The notes below the pieces were generated by a model, which saw only the letters and a list, made by a program, of their open reading frames with translations, made no database searches and was not told the origin of the DNA. Position numbers and translations under genes: made by a program. A stretch of 64,000 nucleotides of DNA from Candidatus Latescibacterota bacterium (GTDB lineage: Bacteria > Latescibacterota > UBA2968 > UBA8231), in the NCBI GenBank assembly GCA_965217585.1, contig OZ244561.1, forward strand, positions 352,001 through 416,000, given 5' to 3'. Shown one piece after another: positions 1 to 7,437 of this stretch. Within the stretch, counting starts at the first letter, position 1, and each line of letters starts with the position of its first letter.

Positions 1-2
1 AA

Positions 3-1118
3 GCAGCCATCCTGCGCCGCTTCCCCGCGACGTTTAGCCACCTCGCGCCGCAAGGCGAGTTGCCCAGCCCCGACGACATTTGGCATCGCCCCGATATGGA
101 GCGCACATTGGAACGTTTGGCCCAAGCTGGCTGGCGCGACTTTTACGGCGGGGAATTGGGCCGCACCATCGGCGACTATGTCCAAGCCAGCGACGGTGCT
201 CTCACCCGCCGGGATATGGCCGACTTTGCGCCGCGCCTGACCGAGCCGTACCAAATCACCTACCGCGACGTGCCGGTATACGGGCCGATTTTGCCCAACG
301 GCTGCCTCTCCGCCCTCCAGATTCTGCACATGCTGGAATGCCTGCCCGCGGTGCCCGACGACCAGGCCCTGTACTGGCACCAGCTAGCCGAGGTCGTCAA
401 ACAAGCCTGGCGCGACCGCCTGCGCTACGTCGGCGATCCCGATTTCGTCGATGTACCGGTGGAGCGCTTGCTGAGCAAGGACTATGCAGCCGGTCGCGTC
501 GAGGCCCTGCGGCAATTCCCCGAGCAGGTCAATCAGCAGGTGTACGAAGTCTCGGGTCCGGCCGTCGCCGAAACCCTGCACGTATCAGCCGCAGATGCCG
601 CGGGCAATCTCGTCGGCATCACCATCACCCAAGGCGGGGCCTTTGGCTCCTGTCTCACTGTGCCGGGCACGGGCATTATTTTAGGCCACGGCATGTGCCG
701 TTTGGACCCCCGCCCTGGCCGGGCCAATTCCGTGGCCGCGCACAAGCGTCCGCTCAACAACGTGGTCCCCATGATCTTACGCCTGCCCCAGCGCGACGTG
801 GCTATCGGCCTACCCGGAGGTCGCCGCATCATCAGCGTCGGTGCCCAACTGGCACAGCGCATTATCGACTTCAACGCCACCGCCTTGGGAGCAGCCACAG
901 CCCCCCGGCTCAACGCCGAAGCCCAAGAACCCCTCGAACTGAAGCGCGGCATTGACCCGGCGATTGTGCAAACCCTAAAAGAAATGGGCCACCGGGTGCA
1001 GGTAAGAGAAGGGGTGGCCGGCGGTGCTCACGGTGCGGAGGTACTCAAAAGCGAGGGCAAAGTACGCGCCGGGGGCAATGGATGGGCCGCGGGCGTGGAT
1101 TTTGTAGAGGGCCGGTGA
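3..1118 (+). CDS. Gamma-glutamyltransferase-family (Ntn hydrolase) protein, 5'-truncated by the window edge
   Basis: Frame is open from position 3. GGT-like motifs: DFYGGELG, AWRDRLRYVGDPDF, E/TLHVSAADAAGN (candidate autoprocessing Thr), FGS..VPGTGIIL, KRPL, GLPGGRRI. Confidence 0.9.
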   Translation, partial: AAILRRFPATFSHLAPQGELPSPDDIWHRPDMERTLERLAQAGWRDFYGGELGRTIGDYVQASDGALTRRDMADFAPRLTEPYQITYRDVPVYGPILPNGCLSALQILHMLECLPAVPDDQALYWHQLAEVVKQAWRDRLRYVGDPDFVDVPVERLLSKDYAAGRVEALRQFPEQVNQQVYEVSGPAVAETLHVSAADAAGNLVGITITQGGAFGSCLTVPGTGIILGHGMCRLDPRPGRANSVAAHKRPLNNVVPMILRLPQRDVAIGLPGGRRIISVGAQLAQRIIDFNATALGAATAPRLNAEAQEPLELKRGIDPAIVQTLKEMGHRVQVREGVAGGAHGAEVLKSEGKVRAGGNGWAAGVDFVEGR

Positions 1119-1198
1119 CGACGTCCTAGAGTAGTGCGTCCAGAAATTCGCCCGCGTGTAGCGCCCAGCGGCGCATCTCAATACAAAGGAGAGCAGCC

Positions 1199-2407
1199 AT
1201 GGCAATATCCCGCGCAACGATTGCCGAACGCATCGGCAAGGTGCAGCAGTTCATAGAAGAAGAGGACCTCGGGGCGCTGTTCGTCTACTCGCCGGCGATG
1301 GAGCACATGTGGGGGCAGACAGGCCACGTCGCCTACCTGTCGGGGTGGGCGGACTGCGACCGCATCGTCGACTCGGCCGTCGTCGTCCCGCGAGTGGGTG
1401 AGGCGGCGCTGATGTTCGCCGGCCTGCCCTACATGCGCGACCTCGCCCTCGAGGTGTCGCCCCTCGACGACATGCGCCTAGTCACCGCGGTCGATCCCAA
1501 CGCCGTGGCGGTCGACGCGAGCAAGCCGGGAGCCCCGGGGAGCTTTGCCTCCGAAACCCTGGCGATCCTCGACGAGAGCGGCTTCGGAGACAGACAGGTC
1601 GGCGTCGTCGGCATCGACAACATGCCGCAGCCGCTTCACCAGACCCTGGTCCGGGGTCTCGGCGCAAAGTTCGTCGCGCCCCGGGACATCGTCGCCGAGC
1701 TGCGCTACGCCAAGACCCCCGACGAGGTCGAGATGATGCGCAAGGCCGCGGCGCTCAGCGACCTCGGCTTTGAGACGCTCGTGCAGACCGCCCGCCCCGG
1801 TATGCGCGGCATCGAGGTCGTCGCCGAAATGGAGCGCGTCATCCGCCGGCAGGGGGCCGATGTCGCCAAGTACTGGATCGCCTCCGGCCCGGCACCGGAC
1901 TGGTCGGACGTCAAGCTCGAGGTCAAGCCCCACATGCGAGTGCTGGAAGCCGGCGACCTGATGGCCGCCTGTTCCTACGTCGTCTACAAAGGGTACTGGT
2001 GCCACGGCCAGCGCACCGGCTCCCTCGGCGAGCCGTGCGCCGAGCTCGAACGCATCTGCGCGCTGACGCGGGAGGCCCAGGACGCCGGCCTCGCGGTGAT
2101 GAAGCCGGGCGCTCCCGTGGGCAGCGTCGCCAAGGCGGTGCGGGAGAAGGCTGCCGAGGGCGGCTGGGAGATCCAGGGGGGCCGCATCGGCCACGGCATG
2201 GGGCTGGACTACAGCGAGAGCCCGGTACTGAACGAAAGCAACGAGACCCCACTCCAGGCCGGCACCACCGCGGTCGTCCACTCGACCTTCTCGCTGCCCA
2301 GGTCCGGGAAGATGTTCGTCCCCCTCGGCGACGTCTGCCACGTGACCGAAAGCGGCCCCGAGTTCCTGATGTCGTTTCAGCGCGAGCCGTTCGTCACCGG
2401 CGGGTAA
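1199..2407 (+). CDS. M24 (Xaa-Pro peptidase/creatinase-like) family protein with non-canonical metal site
   Basis: AAGGAG RBS upstream. Creatinase-like N domain, then LRYAKTPDEVEMMRKAA, GY...RT and GHGMGLDYSESP (pita-bread fold). Confidence 0.85.
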   Translation: MAISRATIAERIGKVQQFIEEEDLGALFVYSPAMEHMWGQTGHVAYLSGWADCDRIVDSAVVVPRVGEAALMFAGLPYMRDLALEVSPLDDMRLVTAVDPNAVAVDASKPGAPGSFASETLAILDESGFGDRQVGVVGIDNMPQPLHQTLVRGLGAKFVAPRDIVAELRYAKTPDEVEMMRKAAALSDLGFETLVQTARPGMRGIEVVAEMERVIRRQGADVAKYWIASGPAPDWSDVKLEVKPHMRVLEAGDLMAACSYVVYKGYWCHGQRTGSLGEPCAELERICALTREAQDAGLAVMKPGAPVGSVAKAVREKAAEGGWEIQGGRIGHGMGLDYSESPVLNESNETPLQAGTTAVVHSTFSLPRSGKMFVPLGDVCHVTESGPEFLMSFQREPFVTGG

Positions 2408-2424
2408 GAGGGAGCGAGTTCTTA

Positions 2425-2468
2425 GGGTGAAAATCACCCTTGACGTGGGTGATTTTCACCCATATCGT
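2425..2468 (+). promoter_or_regulatory. Sigma70-like promoter embedded in a 15-bp inverted-repeat operator
   Basis: GGGTGAAAATCACCC (2425-2439) and its reverse complement (2447-2461) flank TTGACG (2440-2445). After a 17-nt spacer comes TATCGT (2463-2468), then ATG at 2475. Confidence 0.65.
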
Positions 2469-2474
2469 GGGTAT

Positions 2475-3704
2475 ATGAACACGAATCGACTGCTGCCTCG
2501 ATTTGCTTCCGCGAGCGTGGAGCGGGCGCTGAGGGTTATGCCTGTGACGGTTCTCACTGGCGCACGCCAGACCGGTAAGAGCACCCTCGCCCGGATGCAT
2601 CCCATCGGGGCAGATCGATCTTACTTCACCTTGGACGACTACGGCGTCCTCGAGCAGGCCCAACGCGAACCGGATGCTCTTGCCGCTCGGGCCGTGCAGA
2701 TCACGCTTGATGAGATACAGCGGGTGCCGCATGTGCTGCTCGCCATCAAGCGCCTCGTTGACGAAAATCGAGTTGCTGGTCGTTTCCTCCTGACTGGGTC
2801 GGCGAATCTGCTGCTTATGAAGGAGGTGGGCGAAACGCTCGCTGGCCGTGCTAGTTACTTGACGCTCTGGCCCATGACCCGTCGCGAGCAACGCGGGTTG
2901 GCTAGGCCCGGTCTGTGGACAGAGCTTGTAGATGCGCTCCCTACTGCATGGCGGGATGTGCTGCTCGCGGAGCCAGCCGCAGCAGAGCCGTGGGTGGCCC
3001 TTGCTCAACGCGGAGGTTATCCCGTCCCGGCCCATGAGTTGATGGACGATGACGACCGGCGGCTCTGGTTTGAAGGCTACGCGGCTACCTACTTGGAGCG
3101 GGATATCCCGCGTCTATCCGCCATCGGGGGCATCACGGACCTGCGGAGGTTGATAACGGCAGCCTGTCTGCGCGTTGGGGGGCTATTAAACCAAGCAGAC
3201 CTAGCCCGGGACGTGCATCTTGCCCCCTCCACAGTGCAGCGGTATCTCAACTTGCTAGAGGTGTCGTTCCAGCTAGTGCGACTGCCAGCCTATTCTGTCA
3301 ACAGGACGAAACGGCTGGTCAAGTCATCCAAACTCTACTGGAGCGATACCGGGTTGGCTTTGCACTTAGCGGGCGAGGCACATCCCCGCGGCGCGCACCT
3401 AGAGAACATAGTGCTCTGTGACCTACTGGCTTGGGCGACTACTCGCGTCGAAAAAACGGAGATTCTCTTTTGGCGGACTACCAAGGGTGCCGAGGTCGAT
3501 TTCGTCATCGAAACGGGCCGACGTCTGCTGCCCGTGGAGGTAAAGGCCGCCGCGAGCGTCCATCCTGGGGACGTGCGGCATGTGCATACGTTCCTAGATG
3601 AGTACTCTGATATGGCGCAGTGTGGGATCGTTCTCTACGATGGCGAAGAGACGTTCTGGCTCACCGACCGCGTACTCGCTGCACCGTGGTGGCGTGTGGT
3701 CTGA
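2475..3704 (+). CDS. AAA_14 ATPase with C-terminal DUF4143 domain (COG1373-like)
   Basis: Walker A GARQTGKS, Walker B LDEIQ, LTGS, LAGR, GGYP, KLYWSDTGL, LENIV, EVDFV and PVEVK (PD-(D/E)xK-like end). Confidence 0.92.
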   Translation: MNTNRLLPRFASASVERALRVMPVTVLTGARQTGKSTLARMHPIGADRSYFTLDDYGVLEQAQREPDALAARAVQITLDEIQRVPHVLLAIKRLVDENRVAGRFLLTGSANLLLMKEVGETLAGRASYLTLWPMTRREQRGLARPGLWTELVDALPTAWRDVLLAEPAAAEPWVALAQRGGYPVPAHELMDDDDRRLWFEGYAATYLERDIPRLSAIGGITDLRRLITAACLRVGGLLNQADLARDVHLAPSTVQRYLNLLEVSFQLVRLPAYSVNRTKRLVKSSKLYWSDTGLALHLAGEAHPRGAHLENIVLCDLLAWATTRVEKTEILFWRTTKGAEVDFVIETGRRLLPVEVKAAASVHPGDVRHVHTFLDEYSDMAQCGIVLYDGEETFWLTDRVLAAPWWRVV

Positions 3705-3710
3705 AGCTCC

Positions 3711-3826
3711 TATAGCAGTCCTGAATGACTTAAACGATTCGATCTGTGGATCGTCTTGTTTCTACTATTCTGCGTCTGTCTGCGTCCATCTGCGGATCAC
3801 CTTGTGAATGATTTAGGATTGCTATA
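3711..3826. mobile_element. MITE-like element (~116 bp) with imperfect terminal inverted repeats
   Basis: Left end TATAGCAGTCCTGAATGAC. Right end reverse complement TATAGCAATCCTAAATCAT. TA at both ends, internal TCTGCG repeats, no credible ORF. Confidence 0.6.
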
Positions 3827-3849
3827 TCTAAATACGACGGAGAACAAGA

Positions 3850-4980
3850 ATGAAAATTACGGATCTGCAGGTGATGAGGATGGGGTCGGATGGTGGGAAT
3901 AATTGGACGTTTGTGAAAATTGAGACAGACGCCGGTATTCACGGGTGGGGCGAGGCCAGTTTGCAGTTTAAAGATGACGGATTGATCGGCGAGTTTGCGG
4001 CGTTCAAGCGCTTTCTGCTAGGCAAAAATCCGTTTGAGATCGAGCGGATCTGGACTTCGCTGTATCGGCGCGTGACGTGGTCGGGTGGACCGGTAACGAC
4101 GAGTGCGATCAGTGCTATTGATCTAGCATTGTGGGACATTAAAGGCAAAGCACTGGGCGTCCCCGTGTATGAATTGTTGGGTGGAAAATCGCACGACAAA
4201 ATTCGCATGTACGCCAATGGCTGGCCGAGAAAAGACAACACACCTGCAGGGATTGCCGAGGGCGTAAAACGGGTGGTAGATCAAGGCTATGAGGCGTTGA
4301 AGTTCTACCCTTTTAACGGCGTACAGGTGGCAAAGATCGATCGGATTCAGCACGGGGTCGCCTTGGTGGAAGCGGCGCGCGAAGCGGCAGGGTCGCAAAT
4401 TGAAATAGGAATTGACATTCGCGCACGACTAAATATATGGAGCGCACGACGAGTGGCGCAGGAATTGGAGCCCTATAACATTGCGTGGATGGAAGAGCCG
4501 ATTTTGTGGGATAATCCAGAAGCGCTAGCGCAATTTGCCCACGAAGTAAATGTGCCCATTGCGACGGGTGAGCAGTTGTACACTCGCTGGGATTTTCGCG
4601 CGCTGTTGGAGTTGAATGCGGTCGGGATCATTCAGCCGGATATTTGTCATGCAGGCGGCATCACTGAACTGAAGAAAATTGCCGCCATGGCTGAAACGTA
4701 TTACGTGACGGTCGCTCCGCACAATTCCAATGGGCCGATTTCAACAATCGCCAGCTTGCATTTGGATCTGTGCATTCACAACAGTTTGATGCAGGAAATT
4801 TTTGTGTCGTCTATTGATCTGTATAACGAGGTACTTACGCAGCCTATTGAAGTAATCGATGGGCACTGTGTGCCACCTGCAGGACCGGGTTGGGGCGTAG
4901 AGTTGCGCGAGGATGTTATAGAACAACATCCGCCGAAGTCGTTTACGCCTGTTGAATCTGAACCGTATGTGGAATTTTAA
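3850..4980 (+). CDS. Mandelate racemase/enolase-superfamily sugar-acid dehydratase (DgoD-like)
   Basis: GWGEA, SAIDLALWDIKGKALGVPVYELLGG, WMEEP, ATGE, QPDICHAGGITE, APHN, PGWGVEL. Visibly more AT-rich than its neighbours. Confidence 0.92.
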   Translation: MKITDLQVMRMGSDGGNNWTFVKIETDAGIHGWGEASLQFKDDGLIGEFAAFKRFLLGKNPFEIERIWTSLYRRVTWSGGPVTTSAISAIDLALWDIKGKALGVPVYELLGGKSHDKIRMYANGWPRKDNTPAGIAEGVKRVVDQGYEALKFYPFNGVQVAKIDRIQHGVALVEAAREAAGSQIEIGIDIRARLNIWSARRVAQELEPYNIAWMEEPILWDNPEALAQFAHEVNVPIATGEQLYTRWDFRALLELNAVGIIQPDICHAGGITELKKIAAMAETYYVTVAPHNSNGPISTIASLHLDLCIHNSLMQEIFVSSIDLYNEVLTQPIEVIDGHCVPPAGPGWGVELREDVIEQHPPKSFTPVESEPYVEF

Positions 4981-5065
4981 GACGCGGGCGTTCTGTGAGG
5001 ATTTGGGGATTATACCGACGGGGTGATTCGAGAAAGCGTAGGAAAAATCGACAAAAAGCTAACGG

Positions 5066-5102
5066 CCGGCCTCCGCGTCGTCACACCTGACGCGGAGGCC
5101 GG
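5066..5102 (-). terminator. Intrinsic terminator hairpin downstream of the Bor-like gene, possibly bidirectional
   Basis: 14-bp stem CCGGCCTCCGCGTC/GACGCGGAGGCCGG between converging genes, with T-rich tails on both strands. Confidence 0.65.
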
Positions 5103-5109
5103 TTTATTG

Positions 5110-5565
5110 TTACAGTGAATCGCGCTTGAATTGCACGTACGCGGGCTGCTCGGTAGCCACCGCCATATCGGTGGCTTGGCCAAAAGCATCCATGATTTCT
5201 TCGTAATCCGAGCCATAGGGCACAGTGACAACCGACGCGGAATCCACAGCCGCCGAGGACATGTCGTCAGCAGCACACGTCACTATTACCGTCATGGGCG
5301 TGTATATCCCACCGGTAAGCACATTCACCAGTCCGTTCAAAAAGCTCTGCTGCGTCTCAACCCTAGCTACGCCATTTTCACACTCGCTTTGCGCTTCGAC
5401 CACCGAGGGCGGCACGAGGCCATATATCCAGCTATGCTTCCACATCTCCACCGTCTTAGGCCCCGGGGCAAGCCCAGTATCAATGGTCGCGTGATAACAT
5501 CCGGCCAAAAGAAACAGGCTAAAAAAGACTACTATGAGAAAACTCCCCTGCAAACGCTTGATCAT
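5110..5565 (-). CDS. Bor/Iss-family lipoprotein with C-terminal extension
   Basis: Lipobox LLAGC. WIYGL...C..GVARVETQQSFLNGLV..LTGGIYTP..V.VTC matches the lambda Bor pattern. Confidence 0.8.
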   Translation of the reverse strand: MIKRLQGSFLIVVFFSLFLLAGCYHATIDTGLAPGPKTVEMWKHSWIYGLVPPSVVEAQSECENGVARVETQQSFLNGLVNVLTGGIYTPMTVIVTCAADDMSSAAVDSASVVTVPYGSDYEEIMDAFGQATDMAVATEQPAYVQFKRDSL

Positions 5566-5774
5566 TTTAACCCCCTTGGGTTGACGAAAAATTACCGGCC
5601 CCTAGGCCGCGAATGGGATAGGATAGGCAAAGTGCCAAGGCTATTCAAGTAGGGGGCCTATGTGGTTGTCCCCTGTTTGGACAGGTATAGGGACGGACTT
5701 TTATCGGGCGGCCCCTCGTAGTTGATCTGGACGCCCGCGCCGGTTGATTTCCTCACGCCCTGCTTGGCCAGTCC

Positions 5775-7406
5775 CTAGCGGAGCCAATCCTCCCATCGAC
5801 GTGCCAGATCCACTCGCGAATCACGAAGTGCGTCCGAGTAATGCGGATGTCCGTCCACGTAAGGGGGACTTAACGGCAGGCGATGTCCTGTTATTGCTTC
5901 CAATGCATCTCTGCGGGCCGCGAAGTTGGTTATTTGATCCATGCGGGCGTCCTCTTCGAGACCGGAGACGATTTCTGCAGCAAAACGCGGATGAGCCATT
6001 CTTCTGGCTAAGTGCAAGGATACATAACGGACATCCAGGCTCGTGTCGCTGAAAAGGGTGCGGAGAGATGCGCTGCATTCAGACCACAAATCTGGACAAT
6101 TTTGCAGCAGGTATACCGCCGCCGAACGGACAATTGGCGAAACGTCCCGACACGCTTCCTTGATGTAGTCCGAGTTTACATCGAACGTTTTGCTTGCTAG
6201 GGCACACAGGCTAGCGGCACGAACGTCAGGTTTTGAATGGTTTAAACACGCACTGATTGGTTGCAGAGCCGCGTCCGGGAGTGCATCACCAACAAAAGAG
6301 AGGATGACATCCTTTACCTGCTTAGAATCGCCAGCACCGAGTCGATCCATCCGGTATTCGACCGAACTTTTCCGCCACGCTGACCAGGTTCGATAGGGGC
6401 TCGTTACCGGCGCGGGTGGGTGCTCCGCCGCATCCATCGCCAAAGCACCTTCGACAGAAACCAGACCGGCGCGCAGGTCGGACCACTGCGGACGCTTGAT
6501 CGACGAAGCGATGAGGGCCGTTTTCATTCCCAGGGCTGACCAATTCGGATGCGCCTGCCACACACAGGCGGCAGCTCCAAGAGTGATCGGCCCCGAGAAC
6601 GATGTCCCAAGTGCGCGAGCATAGCGACGGGGGAGATCGTCTATCTTGCCATAAAAGTGGTTTTCGATCTCTTCATCGGTTCCATGGGGGAGGACGATGT
6701 TCTCCGCAGGCGCCAGAATCTCCGGAATCCATTTTCCTTCGAAGGTCGTTCCTCGGCTCCCCGGAAACATTTCGGTCCGGTCCAGGTCCCCGTCCGGAGA
6801 AATCGCGATCCCTCCGACGGAAAGGACCGACGGAGCCGCGGGTTCGGTAAGCCCAGCAGTCCGGTCGGATGTATTCCCCGACCCTGCCATTACGAGCACG
6901 CCTGCAGCCGCTATTTCTTCACACAAGATGCGTGTCGAGTCCGTTTGCCAGGGCAGAAGGCTCGAGTCGACCCCACATCGGCGTGCCGACAATACAGCTC
7001 GTATCTCGTACTTCTTCCAGTTGTCCCGAACCCATTCCAGCGCCTTAAGATGTGCTTCATATCGCCCTTCAGGATCCTGGCTCTGGCCGGGGAAGTATTC
7101 GGCAACGAGAAAGAGATCGGCTTCCGGTGCGATACCCCGATATAGACCCTGCGATTCGGCACCTGATCCAGCAGCCGCGGCCGCGGCCCACAGCCCATGC
7201 GCGCCTCCTTTCCATGGTCCAGGCTCCGCCTCGAACACCTTGGGCTGCGGTTCAGACTCCATCACCATTACTTTGTAGGTTGTACGTTGTTCATTGGTGG
7301 TGATATCGGGATGGCTTGGAAAATCCCCATCGACAACAGCAATGCGAACCCCTTTCCCCGTAAGTTCATCAGGCACACTCAGGAAGTCGCGCAACGTCGG
7401 CCACAT
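5775..7406 (-). CDS. S8 subtilisin-family serine peptidase with C-terminal HEAT-like repeats
   Basis: Triad motifs GKGVRIAVVDG, HGLWAA and GTSFSGP; oxyanion GSGN; repeats PDVRAASL, PIVRSAAV, LDVRYVSL. AGGAGG RBS before ATG 7406. Confidence 0.88.
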   Translation of the reverse strand: MWPTLRDFLSVPDELTGKGVRIAVVDGDFPSHPDITTNEQRTTYKVMVMESEPQPKVFEAEPGPWKGGAHGLWAAAAAAGSGAESQGLYRGIAPEADLFLVAEYFPGQSQDPEGRYEAHLKALEWVRDNWKKYEIRAVLSARRCGVDSSLLPWQTDSTRILCEEIAAAGVLVMAGSGNTSDRTAGLTEPAAPSVLSVGGIAISPDGDLDRTEMFPGSRGTTFEGKWIPEILAPAENIVLPHGTDEEIENHFYGKIDDLPRRYARALGTSFSGPITLGAAACVWQAHPNWSALGMKTALIASSIKRPQWSDLRAGLVSVEGALAMDAAEHPPAPVTSPYRTWSAWRKSSVEYRMDRLGAGDSKQVKDVILSFVGDALPDAALQPISACLNHSKPDVRAASLCALASKTFDVNSDYIKEACRDVSPIVRSAAVYLLQNCPDLWSECSASLRTLFSDTSLDVRYVSLHLARRMAHPRFAAEIVSGLEEDARMDQITNFAARRDALEAITGHRLPLSPPYVDGHPHYSDALRDSRVDLARRWEDWLR

Positions 7407-7437
7407 ATCCCCTCCTATGGGGTTTTGAGAAGCGTTC

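Noticed and set aside
1129-1143. 15-mer GAGTAGTG(C/G)GTCCAG shared with 38311-38325, resembling an IS end
   Set aside because: Too short, and no partner inverted end or transposase was found.
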